Below, piece by piece: positions 1-14,600 of a stretch of 64,000 nt of DNA (the first letter of the stretch is position 1; every line of letters starts with the position of its first letter). The notes below the pieces were generated by a model that had not been told where the DNA came from, did not search any database, and worked only from the letters and a program-made list of their open reading frames with translations. Made by a program: the position numbers and the translations under genes. Source of the DNA: Acanthaster planci (Eukaryota); assembly GCF_001949145.1 (NCBI RefSeq), contig NW_019091356.1, positions 1-64,000 on the forward strand, written 5' to 3'.

Positions 1-1170
1 TATACCCAGCCTAAAGGAAACACCCAACAGGATATAAAGTGGTACCATTCGAAAGAGTAGCGAACAACTTTCTCTCAGAGTCAATCCTCGTATCTCTCAC
101 AATATCAAAGTTATGACGTCACTTCCGGTCAGTTTTCCCCAAAACAAAGAAAAACCATAAGAAATTGTCTTGGTCCCAAAAGATAGCCCTTGACCTGATT
201 CGGATGGAAAATATATCTGAACCTGTATCGCAAGTCATTTTCAGTGATTTTTCAAGGGGTCACCAAAAAATAGTGCCCTCGGGGAAAACACCATAACTCC
301 TTGACCCTTTGACCTATGACCCTCAATTTAAAACACAAGGTAGATAAGGAGTTGTGCTAACTTTCCTAGAGGTTTCAAGCTCAAAGGTTAGGGGAATCAA
401 GAGTTATTTAGGGTCACCAAACGGGGACAACCCTTCTAACCCTAACCCTAACTTTCTAGGTAAAACTAGCCCAAAAACGTTTTACACAACGTGCTTTTTT
501 AAACGTACTAGAGCCTTCTGATCATTTTTTGATAGGTCAAAAGGTGACTTTCCCGAATAGTACTTGTTTTGGCAAATCCCTATGCCTTTTGTACACGCCC
601 ATATATTTTGTACATGTCCGGAAACTGAGCAAATGGAAATCCCTTTTAACTAAACAAATAAACCTAAGACGTCATACTTCTACGTAAACGATTACAAGTG
701 GACACTCCTCCTTTCGTATAAATTACGTTCCCATTGGGGTCTCGGTTCAATAGTTTTAGCCGATTTAAGTCTACCCCATTGGTTGTGTACAAACTTTATA
801 CTTCGAAAAAATGGCGCTAAGGCCCTATTTAATACACATAAACTATGGTGCTACTCTATACCCAGCCTCAACAGAACATTTCACAGGGTAGAAACTTGCA
901 CTGGCATTCGAAAGACGACTTCGAGGCGAACAACTTTCTTTCAGACTCCAACCTCGTATCTTGTACAACACCAAAATTATGACGTCATTTCCGGTCAGTT
1001 TCCGCCAAAACAGAGAAAACCAAATTCCTAAAAACTATATCAAGCATGTTTGAACATCATCTCCAAATACTTAAAACTAGGATCAAAAGATTTAAACCGG
1101 AGAATTCACCGAATTCATCAAAAACGGGAGCAAAATCTGAAAGAGGGCACTACTTATGCAGAGCGCCCTC
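1..1170. repeat. Partial repetitive element with an internal ~160 bp direct repeat (period ~856 bp) and a terminal GC hairpin; probably a non-autonomous (Helitron/Helentron-like) transposon
   Basis: 1-156 (tatacccagcct...ttatgacgtcacttccggtcagtttt...aaaac) recurs diverged at 857-1021. TGACC motifs lie at ~190 and 301-322. A hairpin GAGGGC-N16-GCCCTC lies at 1143-1170. Confidence 0.55.
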
Positions 1171-1430
1171 TTCGGCTTTGTTTGCATAAATGTTTGCACT
1201 GTTTGTTCTACTGTACCGGTGCGATATCAAAACAATCTTTGTTGTTGATTTAGGGTTAAACGAAGGTTTCAGTGCTATGTACAAGCATTTTTATGGGTGC
1301 TTTTTTATTTTACGTATGTTGGTTTCGTACCCCCAATATAAAAAGCCAGTCTAATTCAGAAATAAATTGTTGAGTTTACAGTTGCCAATAAATGGAATAC
1401 CTGCCTTATCGAGGGAAGTAGTTAAACGGT

Positions 1431-1452
1431 TTGATTTGATTTGATTTGATTT
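1431..1452. repeat. (TTGAT)n microsatellite
   Basis: ttgatttgatttgatttgattt. Confidence 0.8.
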
Positions 1453-2962
1453 ATTCTCTATTCCACAAAATATGATTACAAAATATAAATTAAAGTAAAA
1501 CCAACTCAAAGATTCCCAAAGTAGTAGGGATATGACAAAAAAAATTAAATTAACTTATTTCCATTGCGGAAATCATCTGTAAATAGCCTCATGCCAACAT
1601 CAACAGTTTTTCCTCTTTATGTCATATAAAACAAAGACATGAGTTCCGGATACTCTATTTCCACGGCTTGTACTTGCAACTAATTTAATATCGCGTCCGT
1701 TTGCAAGGTCCCACTTCATCTAGGGGATTAACTCTCGGGTGAGTGCGAACATCAGCCTTTTGGGACAAGCTTCCGCAACAGTAATTGATGATGGGTCATT
1801 TGTTTTTGGAGATGGCTCTTTCTCAAAAATAAAAAAGGATTCATCAAAGAAAATATCTTGAATAAAAGGGGGCAGTGATTCGTTCAATTTCATACATTTC
1901 TCCCTCTGTGTGCTTCTAGTTGCTTGGAAATGTACAGTTCCGTAAACTTTCCCTTCAGGCTGTAGTCTGCTATAATTTCTCCAGCTACGTTTAAAGTCTG
2001 GCCTCTTGTAGTGCCCGAACCACCCTGTCTTTGTGTATTTATTCAAAATCTCATCGTTAGAGAGTTCCATCTTCCTGGCCATTGAAGACAGACAAATGTG
2101 AAATGTGTAGCTTTGCAAATTGAGAGGTTCGTATAAGGAGTCTGATGGCTACTTTTGGATTTGTGTCAGGTTTGAAAAGTTCCGGGAAATAAAGCTCTAC
2201 TGAGTTGAGATAAAGCCATTAATGCCTGTTCTACACTTCACAATGACAACCTTTTGTCTGTTTGTTTTTTAGGTTTTTTGACCGGACAAAAATCAGTCCA
2301 AGATGAAAGTACCTGTGTATCTGGCTTCCTCTGAGAAAAAAACAGTGATTACCTTTTTGTTTCTGCTCGCATACTGTGCTCCATCCCGGTTAAGTTTACC
2401 AAAAAAAATAAATTTTGTTCGTTTGTAATATTTCGGCAAAACTTTTCCTCAACAATGCATCTCACATTCCATGCAACCAGTGGCAAGATGATATTATTTC
2501 ATCGTAGATGGGCGAAAAAAGCACAACTAAAGAGATTTAACTTCGTCGAAAATGTAACTGGCTTCGGCACTTTGATATTCAATGCAATGACATTGTACAA
2601 ATCGTGTGGGATCGGAGAAAAAATGTACGGGCACGTGTTGCTGAATTTCGCGGACTACTTATGTCAACAGAGGGCGCTCGTTCGCGCGCGATCGTCTTTT
2701 ACAGGTGTAAGGGGCATTTCCGCGAATTAACCGTGATTTTACCTTGACAAGGGATATTTACTCTCTTGATATGTTACAAATTTGTGGCATTCTGCCATGG
2801 GTACTAGAAGGTATTCTTCAAAATGTCTTATCGTAAATATCTATGTAAAAAATTATGTTACGTCATCAAAGAATCAACCCATATCATACATATTAATTTA
2901 AACGAAGTTTTATGTGCCACGGCAGATGATGTGAATCTTTTTATTTTCTACTTGTGTTAGCT

Positions 2963-3037
2963 TATACATTAAAACTTATATCTCAGAAACAGCATACGAA
3001 ATATACATTAAAACTTATATCTCAGAAACAGCATACG
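2963..3037. repeat. Tandem duplication, 36 bp x2 (period 39)
   Basis: tatacattaaaacttatatctcagaaacagcatacg at 2963-2998 and 3002-3037. Confidence 0.9.
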
Positions 3038-3170
3038 CAATTTTAAAATGATTTTTTTAACACTTAAAACTTGATGTTCAGACTATAATGAAGAGGTTTT
3101 TGTTGAAAATTGAAAAACATAAATCAGACCAAATGTCTGGGTCTTAAACCACTGTGTAGTACCCAGATTA

Positions 3171-4340
3171 TTAACCTATATTTCTAGGAGTCTTAGCTTG
3201 TAAAATTGCTTCATCGGGATGCGGTGAAATTGACAGTTGATGTTTACTTTTTGTGGTCGTAACACGCATTTGACGATACCACTGTGCCGGATTTGATTGC
3301 TTGAGTCTCTCAACCCTGTTTCGATAGTATTCACGCTTGTCACATCCAATTGCACGTATAACCCTGTAACGATAAAACTTCCAAAGGACTGTTCTCGAAC
3401 GATCAAAGACAGCCTGTCGTTTCCGGATGAGAGCTTTGGTCTTAGACAGGATCCAGGGTTTGTCCTTCACGTGCAACCGAATTTTATGAGTTGGAAATTA
3501 TTTGTCTATGCGCTTGTAGGGAGAGCGATACAAAGCATCAGCTTTCTCTGTTACTGAGTGTTGTCGTGTAACTTCCTCCCAGTCATGGCGAGTAATCCAC
3601 GAACCAAACTCCCCGGTGCCAGATTCCTTAATTAATTAATTGACCGAACAGTTAGCTTGATGACCGAGTTTTGATTTTATCAAAATGTTGTTTTGGAGAC
3701 CATATAACAGTTGCGTGGTCGCTCAAGCCTATGGGAGATCGAGAGGCCGTGCAAGGATGTTGGTAAATTTCAGAGAAATTATTAATATTTTATCTAATGT
3801 TACACTTCCTCATATGGGGACGTTAACAACTTGAGTCAAACCGTTATTATTGCACAAAGGAGTGATATTCAAACGATTGACATCACCCAGAATACAGATA
3901 CCAGTATCTGGACGATTAGCACGTAGAATGTCCAGCGTATCTTGGATATGACTGAACATGCAGCCCTACATAGTTCAATCAGGAAAATACACTGCAGCAA
4001 AGTTCATCGATGATACGGCACGACATAGCCTTTTAGGTCGTAGCTGAATCCGAAGAATCTCGAGCTCGTTAGGAACATTGACATTGAGTAGTGTGGGAAG
4101 CAAATTGTTACATAAAAGGCAACATCACCTCCAATGCAGTTAATGCCAGGTTTTGAATAATTGATAAAACCTTCAATGTCGTAAAAATCCAGGGGTCTAT
4201 TGAGCAGAAACCATGACCCAGAGACTACCAAAACGTCAAACCTGTTAACAGAACGATATTTGTCTATTGGATTGCATAAAAGCACTGTTGGAAGTGGAAC
4301 AGATATACTGTACATGGCTGACACATGTTGGGTACGCAAA
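3171..4340 (-). mobile_element. Decayed non-LTR retrotransposon (CR1/L2-like LINE) ORF2 fragment: AP-endonuclease domain plus linker
   Basis: Minus-strand frames give GGDVAFYV, ICILGDVN (GDxN) and PIGLSDHATV (SDH) endonuclease motifs. These are followed by the typical post-EN linker KPWIL..KALIRKRQ..YRYRV..KREYYRNRVE..NPAQWY. Multiple stops and frameshifts. Confidence 0.8.
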
Positions 4341-4650
4341 TAAGGCTACTATTACACCTGCCAGTTCCTGCCAGCCAATGTTAATTCGGCACAATACGTT
4401 TAACATGACAATATTTTGACTCACAACACTGTAGTCTCGCAGTGGCATTCTTGATTTCTGAAATTTTATAAAATCGCGCTCCTTACTGTACAACAAACTA
4501 TTAAAATAATCAATGCGACATTAACTCGTGTCCCAACAAGTAAGGTATTTCCAGACCGGCCAATACATCATGACAGAGAAGTAGTGATTATTCCCTCAAA
4601 AGCTTAGGAGGGGGTAAGGACTGTCGAGTGATGTATTTTGTTGTCCTTCA

Positions 4651-5294
4651 GGCCACATGAAAAAATTAGTGAGCGTCTTTTTTTAATCTTAGGTGGGAGG
4701 GCGTTTTTTGTTTTTGTGGGTTTTTTGTTTTTTTATTTCAGTTCAATATATATATAACCTGTCTGCATTGGAAAATATTAAATAAAGAGCAGTTTCCTCA
4801 ATAAACTGATCTTCTTTACGAAAGGGATTTACACAGGCAACTAATTCATCACAAAAGGAGAAAGGAGTTATAGGCGAAAAGATGAGCGTTTTCTCAGAGA
4901 GGATCAAGGTGCTGTAGCTCTGTGAAATGGAATCAATATCTCGGAATGGCCGCCGCTATTGAGTACTGACCCAGCATGCAGCAGAGGTCTTGGGCCGAAT
5001 CACTGGCTATGGCTGCGACCGCATTGTACAAAGCTATTGTGGCTGCTGCGTCGCCAGCCGCTCTATTTTCCATAGGCTTATGCACGCGGACGCGCCCGCA
5101 GCTGATAATTCAGATGCGGGTTACACAAACACGCTGACGGTATCCTTTATAAAGTATTAAGGTATCATTTCCAAAGCGCGTAACAGAAGGTCGCAAAATT
5201 TGAATGGGAGATCGTCCAAAAAGAAAAAAAACAAATTGTCGAGGTTATATTTCTTACGGACGGGTGGGGACGACCACCAACTTTTTATGTGGCC
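4651..5294. mobile_element. Non-autonomous DNA transposon with TIRs and TTAA-like target site (Kolobok-like)
   Basis: Left end GGCCACATGAAAAAATTAGTGAGCGTC versus reverse complement of right end GGCCACATAAAAAGTTGGTGGTCGTC. Flanked by TTCA (4647-50) and TTAA (5295-98). Confidence 0.6.
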
Positions 5295-5606
5295 TTAAGT
5301 GCCACTGTTATTGACAAAGCTTTCTTTTTCCACTTGAGGAAGAAGTAACGTCCGCTACAAAATTGAAATCCTGTGACTGTTGTCAACTTGACTGCTGCAG
5401 ATTTCAAGAAAGATGTGAAGAGTTTTCTCAAGGCCTCTCTAACTGCACAATAAAACGTTGAGTATCAACACTACTACGACTGACGTTTTGCTTGCGTATG
5501 ACATTAAAATTCCTCAAGATCGGTACTACCATGTCATTGACTAACGGATACACAACAGAGGACAGTGTATACATGGCCAGGACGCACTGCAGCAAGGCAA
5601 TCTATC

Positions 5607-8600
5607 ATGAATGCAATTAGGTGCCTGTCTTGGTATTTGATGGTGGTTGCCTTTCACGTGTTCCTTGGAACAATAGACCGGACAGGACCCACTTTGATTA
5701 TCGGGTTTTCTGCTGTAGAAAAAAGACCCATTTACATTGGGGGCTTCTTCCCCAAATTCAATGATCCAGCGTACAATCATTTGCCTCTTACTGTACAGAC
5801 GGCAATAGACCATGTTAATAATATGACTGGGCTACTGGATGGTTACGAGTTGCGACTAAGATGGAAATGGACCGATGTGAGTATGACAGTACCTTGCCTT
5901 TACCCTGATTATGTTTTTCTTTCATCTCATTTTTGTCTTCTAAGAAGGATTCGTACAGGTACCAGGAAACAATATAAAAAATATTTCGGGCTAGCAAGTA
6001 TACAAACAAACTTGGACTATTTCCTTCGGTTAATGATATTATTCCTGATTAGGTATAGAACACTGAGTTCTTGGGAATCCATATTGATGAAAATTGAACT
6101 TGAAAGAGACATATTGGCGATAAAACAGTTTCACTATCGAAAGAAATGCATGGTTTTATGAATCGTCTGAATAATCCCCTACTTTGTAGATTATTACTAA
6201 CTTGATGCAACTCTTTTGATTTACTGTGACTTGGGGTAGCCCGACTCCTAAATGCGACAGACTGCATAGTCTACAGAAACGCGAAGTTAGACTTATTTGT
6301 AAATACCTTTTTTACAGTTTTTAACCCATAAACCTAATCCTTTTACAATCACAACCCATATTTGAAAATTAAAACTGTTAAAATTCACTGACCTGTATTA
6401 TCTCAACTTAGGAAAATTTAAGTACATGTATGTGAATCATACATTACCTGCTTGATTCAATACCCGTTTTACACTAACTGCAATTGAAGTTCCCAAACTC
6501 GCAGTACTACTGTAAAAAACTTATGTTGGCTAAAGTCGAGCCTCATTGTCCGAAAAGAGTGTTATCCAACGTGTCACTTTATACTGGAGTAGTCACCCAC
6601 TATCCATGAATTATGGCAGCAGTGAAATAAATGCACGTGTACGTAATATAAAACCAAAACGTCTTTACTATAAAAGTGTCCAAGAAGCACATTCATATAC
6701 CACAGTTGCATTTGCAATGTTTATAAAACACCTGCATAAGTCCCCGTCATCTGACTGGTCCATCCTTTATCTCGTGGCATTTAATTATTTGTACCAACAC
6801 ACAACTGGCGCACGACGCGCGCGCGACGCACACGCAGAGTGCCAAACATTTACAACTGATTACAAGTTTCTTTATGACAAATTGACGAGCGTTCAAGTTC
6901 CGCTGTTCATAATTCTACGAAACAATTATTTTATAACTGTTTTGTAAGTAATGATGATGCTACCAACATAAAGAAACAGATAAAATATTGCTGGTGACAG
7001 ATGAAATGGTTTATTCCACGAGGCGAAGCCGAGTGAAATTGACCGTTTCATCTGTCACCTCATGCACTTATTCTTGCCATCGCACTCTATTACATTCATT
7101 ATTTGTATATTAACACATATTTAGAAAGCTTCAATCCCTCAACGTTTATTCTGATCGATATTTTCATGAAGGGAGGACCGGCTCAAGCTTTGCAACTTCT
7201 CTATGACTTCATTTATAATGAACCGCGTGTGTTAATGACTTGGGGACCCGTGCTATCACGTGAAGCCATAGTAGTAAATGAAGTCGCTGCCAGATATAAC
7301 CTCATACAGGTAAGAATGACAGTCATCAAACTGTCTCTCAATTATACTTTTTCGCATAATAAAGAGATGATCCTAATCTGCTCTGCCTCAGTTTTTGTTT
7401 ACTCAGCATTAGACAGGAGCAATTGCACATTTGTCTTTTTGCAGTACTCAGAGCGTAGGAAAGAAGAGTAAATTGCCCAAAAAATGGACCCTTAGGAGCT
7501 TTGTCAGACCTTATGGAAGCTCCTTAGGAGCATGCCATACAAAAATTAGTTGTATGAGTGATCTTTTTTTTTTCTATTTATTACGTTTGTTAACAAAATA
7601 AGGTTCAAATTTAGAGATCTAACTCAAACAAATTCATTGGAATCACACTTTGGCCATTAATATGCACGTTCAATATTATGAGACGCAACAGCCTCCGAAG
7701 GCTGTGCCAAAGTGGCCTTGCGCAGCGGCAATTCAGCGTGCGTCGCTGAATTATAATATTGTATAATTTTCCTCATATATGTCCTTATAATTACTACTGC
7801 ATAATTAATATAATTACTACCTGCATAATTATATTACTACTAGAGCTTTGAACCTCCTTGGCCTTATGCCTGCATTCATACCAGTATACGTCGGCGGCTA
7901 GGTGTTTGCTCTTCAGGCAACATGTTTACACAACCATGGCAACAAACAGCTGATAAGTGAGTTTTTGACAGCAAACTGTGCGTCTGCTGAGAACAATGCA
8001 TTTTATCTAGAAGTGACAACAGAGTATTTGAAATGTTGTATTTTGTAGGTTAAAAAGGCTGGCATTTTACCTTACACTAATGCTTGCACCTAAACAATTT
8101 CGTAACAGTTGGTTTGTTTGTGATCCAACTGTTTCGCTGTATGTGATGGCCCACATTTCAAATCTCCAAAAATACATGTCAAAATTAAAGATATATGTAC
8201 ACTACATGCGCGAGTCAGTAGTGGACATTTTAAAGCAACTTTCGGTTTTACAGCAGTTTATTCGCCATTTGCAATGTGCCGTATCGGAATGAAATTAAAA
8301 ATAAGTTTAACAAAAATTTTAGAAAAGTTGATTTTAATATGAGATTTCCATAAATCAAAATTAAATATAAATGGCAATTTCAATCAGTGTTTTGAAGGCG
8401 ATTTAAATCAGCCAATCTTGCATAACTAAGATTCAACATTCTTCAAACGCTCTTTTGACGACCATGTTAACCACGATGCACAATCCTTTTTCAAAAAAAT
8501 ATTAAAATGTACAAGAGAACGGTTTACTACAATATTCCGTTACGAGGAAAATTAATTACGAGGTCAAAATGTATTTGGCATGAGAGACGAGGAAAAGAAA

Positions 8601-11600
8601 TGAATAATTCTGACGCCTTTGGGTGGCAATTGACATTATTCACAAGGAAGCCATTTCATTTTGTTCCCTGAATCTATCATATTCAATATTGTGTTAAATG
8701 GTGTTCCAAACCTCTTTTATTTTTACGTGACATTAAACATTTAGACATAATTCATTTCAAATTTAACATTATTCTAAAGAAAAACTTTAGAATAAGTTTT
8801 GAATTTTTATTTTGTCACTGCTATTTTAACTCTCATCTTCCCAAAATGAAACGTTTTGACTCTCAATTCCAGAGTGCTAACACATGGATACAGTCAATAC
8901 CAGAAGTGTTTTTTGTGTGTGTGTTTCAGAAAATGTGCCCGATGAAACAAAATCAACCCATGAACCGCTGATATTTTGGTTTCCCACACAAAAATACTCT
9001 TAAACCAAATGTGATATAGAAAATAATATAAGACATTTTCGCTGATTACAACAACGTCTTTCAAGAAAGCGTCTTGAAAGGTATTATTGTGCACTATGCT
9101 CTCATAGAGATAAGTTCAAGGAGAATTCATTTTACTAAGAAAAAAGTGCAAAATGTTTAAAAGTGCACATGTAAAGCTTAATTATGACGTTACACGGAGA
9201 TGGTGTAAAGGTGTAGAAACATATGACATTTGTAGCAACTCTCCGTATTCCTTCCAAACATTACAGGAATGAAATTGATTTGAGAACAAACAAGGGAACT
9301 GATTTCAGCACAAGCAATAACACAAGCAGCAAAACAGACACACATTCGGAATTTGTCAATTATCACGTATGCAAAAACCTTGAATCTAACCATGTAAATT
9401 ACTATGACAGTATAACCTGAGTAATCGGGGTACATGGTTCTAGTTGAAGATTGAAAGCCAAAGTGATTATAGCAAACGTCTCCATCTATGTGATTTAACA
9501 ATGGCCAAACCTTGACATTTTGAAAGGAGGAGGTTCAGTCTTGAAACTCAGCATCATGCCCTATTGACTACAGTCAGAGCGAACTCATCAATCTCCCACC
9601 TGGCCTCCGCATTGGACCGTCTCTGGGACCGCTCGGTTATTGAATTCCTCACTTCCAGCGCTATATTAGAAAATTGCTAAATTGCCATTGCCACTGGTCA
9701 ATCAAACGCTCATTTGGGGAATAAATCGGTGCACTTCTCTCAAGTAAGGTTAACTTTGACCTTGGCTGTCACCAGGTGAATCATATTTGATTGATTCACG
9801 GTGGGTGCAATTAGAGCAGACATTTGAAGCAATATATGCAAATTTTATTACTTTTGTAGACCCGCATGACTTGATATAATATCAAAGCAATTGATCCCAT
9901 CCTCAGCTCTTCCAAATCCTCACGCATACTTTTTCTGTCACCCACGCGGTATGGCTATTAATCGTTTTATATATAGGATGCATCATTTGATATACTTCCA
10001 ACAAATACGCTATTAACATTATTTTATTGTTTTAAACTTCTGGAGGGATTGTACACGTGTGTATTTGCCATACACCGATATAAATTCAGGGTCTCCCAAA
10101 CCAAAGAAATGTGCAGTTGGTCTAAACAACACGTAGAGATGCTTTCCGGTTAAGGCCGCCTAAACCGGTCAGCTGAAATGCTATGGTAATCTTTCCTGTA
10201 TCGATTGGTCCGAACCCTTGGGTCTGTTCTGGTTTTTTTATAAAAACATGAACAATTTCATTAAATTCCTAATCTTTCAATCACATGTTTTACTGAATAA
10301 TATTTTTTTCAATCGAATTCAAAATACATTCTTGTTGCATCATACTATCGGGTCCTAGCAATTTGAAAGCTATCGCTTTAGTTTTATCTTTTATATTAAT
10401 GTTTTTACGAAGTCTATTTATACTGTTTTTTAAATGATGGCATAATATTTTTGAAATGGCTTAATATGCAACATTTAAAGGCCAGCAAATTCGCAATACT
10501 TTTGTGATTCGATATTTCGTAAAAATGCTCGGACGCTGAATGCTGATTTTACCAAGTGGCAAATAACCTCAAACACCGGACCATTTCTGAACACGTTCGC
10601 TTCCACTTAGGATTTGAACATAACGTTATTATTTCTAACACGGGTACTTTGCAGTTGGAGCTCCAATCTAAATACATTTCGCTCTAGTTCCAGACCGTGT
10701 TTTACAAAGAAATGGATACCACACCCAGATACTAGTTTTTGTACCTGTATACCTATACCTTTTGTTTCGTGTGCGTATGTAGAATAATGTTCATGTACGT
10801 GAGGTGGGTTGGTACCATAATCAATGCTCGACCTTTACTAAATAAATGTTGAACAATGTTTATGACAGCCTCACAGGTCGGCCACTATGCATGGTGCGTG
10901 ACAAAGACGGTTTTCACTGTCGATGTTGATCACACGTAATGGTGTATGCTTCTGGGTGTGTCTGCATAGGAATTTTAAACCTCCATTTGAACCATACAGC
11001 ATTTTCCTCTTGGTGCTTGTTTATCACTCCCCGTATAAAGTCTACAATATAACTGTAGCTACAAGACTGGCACACAAGACTACTTTCCTTTGTGCACGGT
11101 GTGCCCAAAAGAAAGTGAAGGCATTTTCTCACATTATTAGGCAGTTTCGATGGCAGGTAATTACTGTTTTTAAGCTGCAAACATAATGTCGCCCATATTG
11201 TTAAAGGTCCGATGCACCGTCGTATTGTTGCAATTGTACAGATTAATGTGGGGTTTAAAATTTACATTGCAATGGATATCTTTCCCCGTGTCCTGTGTTA
11301 AATTTTGTGTCACTGTATACTGCAGTATACTGTGAGAAAACTAATCATTGTGCCAATATGGAAGAATATTGCTCACAAAAACTGACTGAGGGACAATTGG
11401 GACTTGAAATCCTTTTTGATTGAATAGTCAAGTTATATGCAAATCGGAATTCATTCACCGTGTTCTTTGTTTTCTTAAAATGTTTTCTTTTTTGTATATT
11501 CTGCTGCTACTATATTATGAATAGTTTAACCTTTTATTAGAACTAATGCAAGCGCGATATGCGAAACCCTAGGCCCCCAGGTAATTGGGGTCCTAAATGT

Positions 11601-14600
11601 TTGGTGGTGCGATCTGGGACAATTTTGACCACTTTAGCAAAGGTTTATTTAGGATGGGGAAAAAAGTGGAGGGGACAAATGATACGATACCCCCTTCATA
11701 AAGTGGAAGGGGAGGACATGTAACCCCTCCCCTACCGAGTGACGTCCATGACTTCATGGTCTACGTGTATCAGAGATGAAACGACTTCTTATGGACACCA
11801 TTCATTTATGCTCCTTTGAATGAATGTGACATCGAATTAAAGTTATACGCTACCCATTTTAGTCACGCGGACGTTTAAAAAGTCAGAACTCGCAATAATT
11901 TTCTCTCGACTGAAATCACCAGCGGCCATCTTATCGTGCGGAATAGGATGGCGACTGTTGCCGCGCATGCCGTTGCAGGCCTAACTATTGTTGTAACGAA
12001 CCATTTGGCTACCGATGACTTGCAAGCAAGCAGCCTTGTATCGACACGGTAGCATGGCCGCCGATGGCATAAGTGGCCCATGTGGGCTAAATAAGAGCAT
12101 GAGAGCCTATAGTTTTATGTGACGTCCGGGTGTTAGGTTAGCAAAGTTATAGGGCCCTTACTATTGAATATGTGACATCTCCTAAAATATGTTGACATCC
12201 AAAGAGTTCTTTACTGGTAAAAATAATCAACACGAACAACAAATCTCCCGGAGGTGATCTTGCATATGTCACAGTATAGTACGAGAGGTCATTTTCAGTG
12301 CGTGGTCTTTGAAAACCTAAACATGTTCCTCTGCATTTTATGGCACAAAATCAAGTACTGCAAAAATTATTGGTATGTTCTACCCAATCTGGTACAGTTG
12401 TTTTTATAACAGATTCCCAGCACAATTATTTACCATGCAAACATGTCAACGCAGAAAAAAATTTCGCATCCAAATGCGCTACTGAAGGAAAAGCCCCCAA
12501 CAAGCATTGTCTAAATTTCTAATTATCGAATCACGAAATGTCACTTCTTCACAACGTTTATTCTACCACAATTTTTGAATTCTTACACTTTTACACAAAG
12601 TTTCAGGACACCACATGGCCAAAAGACAGCTGACCTAACCTTATTTTAGACAAAATGGCCACTTTGTGAATAAGACGTCAAAATAGGTGAACAGCATATT
12701 TTAAAACAATGATACCATAAAGAGAATTATTGTGTTTGCACATGTTACTAAATGTATCAATTATAGTCCAATTTCACACAAAGTATATCATAAGATCATT
12801 TTACCAATATTCCCTTATGATCGATCATTTGCAAACAATTCAGAATGAGACAGTTCCCTGAAGATACTTTCTAAATAAAGGAAAAATATAACGAATATGA
12901 CAACGGAGAAAATTAAACACTGAAATGTAACACCTCCCTTTTTCTACTGTAGTCAAACAGTTCTGCAATTATAAAAAAAAAACACTTTGTGGAGGCTTAA
13001 CCTGATTATCATTGAAAAGATTAATGATTACATTAAAACTGTTCAGGGGTGACATAACTTTGCAGCTTGAGTAACCTTCCCAGAGCCTCATCTTGCGAAG
13101 TGGACCGTATTTCCAGTGATGATGTAGGCATAGCGGCGCAATACTAATCTAGATTCTTTTTACAGCTTGGTCTTGCCAATTCACCAACTCTGGGACTTCA
13201 GAAACGTTACCCACTAACTATACGGATCTGGGAAGAAGAGAATGAAGTCAACCCAGCTCGAGTGGCTTTGATGAAAAAAATGAACTGGACAAGATGTGGC
13301 CTTATTTTCGAAGAGACCAGTTTTAGACAGGTACAGATGAAAAGAGACGTTTTGTATAAGGAATCTGTCAACTTTTATTGCAAGCTTCTGTGCTAATCTT
13401 CTTGGTGTACAAAATTTCATTAAAAAATACACTTTTTGGATCAGAAATGTTTATAACATCCCTCGAGAAGAAAAGAGTCCGAATCTAAGTTCGCAGAATT
13501 TTATTTAGGGTTTGTGGATGTACCGATTTTTTAAATATAGGCATCTTTCACTTCTGGCTAAAATCCGACTGTTTTTTCCCTTGTTCTGTGATACGACAGC
13601 ATTTCGATGATCTTGCAGAGCTATTACGCGCCTCTGGCATCAGCGTAGTTGCTATGGAGACAGTGCATGATGTCACACAGTCACGGGAACAAATCAAAAG
13701 TTTAAAGGTATCATTAGGTTAATTGTTTGTCGTTTTTGGTTACTGTTTAAAATTTGAAAATCTGTTCAACTATCTGTTTCAATTTATATCGATCAGTCCG
13801 CGTCTTCGAGCCAGTCATTATCGATCCCTTACAATAAATCTTTTAAAACTTGATATATTAGAGCCTGGATTAAATTCTGTGGAATAGCTGAATGATTCCA
13901 CGGACTTCCATTCTTTCGTGGGGAAGGTTTAAGGTTCACATCAGAAAAGGTTTGCGATTGTGCTTTTCTTTAAGTATTCTCTATTGACAAAATTTTGAAA
14001 AAATCCCAGGAGTACAAATTAGTCATCTACCGATGACCACTAATGTGACTAATGTAATTTCATTCGATTCATGCATGAAAGAGGCATAGCTTAGTAAGCT
14101 TCAAGAACAGAAATAATAGCACAAGGTTGCACCAGGGAGATACACTTTTACGCAGAGAAAAAAAGCCACGTATAAAATTTAGTACTGATGTACGAATGAT
14201 TTTCAAGGCCGAATTGCACTCACAACACCTTTAGTCCAGTGTGCTTTGTACGGGCAAATCATCAATCACTTAAAGAGCGACCCTTGTCGTCAAACATACA
14301 TGTGGCCCGTTTTGCCTAACAGTATGGATGAAAAGACTGCTAAACCAAGCAAAAGAACTCGGGTTTACCAAATACTCCGAGCAGGATTTACAAAGAAAAT
14401 CTTACGCGCGGGCCTTTTGTATATTTACTTGGCATCAAGCAGATTGAAAGAATAGCCCTTTGACCTGAGTCTTAGAATATGCTATTCGTATTGCAGCGTG
14501 GAAGTTTATCGCTGAAGCCATGCCTAACTCAATATCAGAAACACTCATTTTGCAATCTGTAAAGATAATCTATAAAGCTGAAATTATTGTTAGGCTGTGT

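Noticed and set aside
436..452. (CCCTAA)n telomere-like repeat
   Set aside because: Under three copies and embedded in an interspersed repeat, so not a telomere.
5877..6161. 3' part of the 198-aa ORF 5565-6161
   Set aside because: Read-through into intron 1 past the GTGAGT donor at 5877. The same applies to ORF tails after other exons, and to 48530-48701 upstream of en exon 2.
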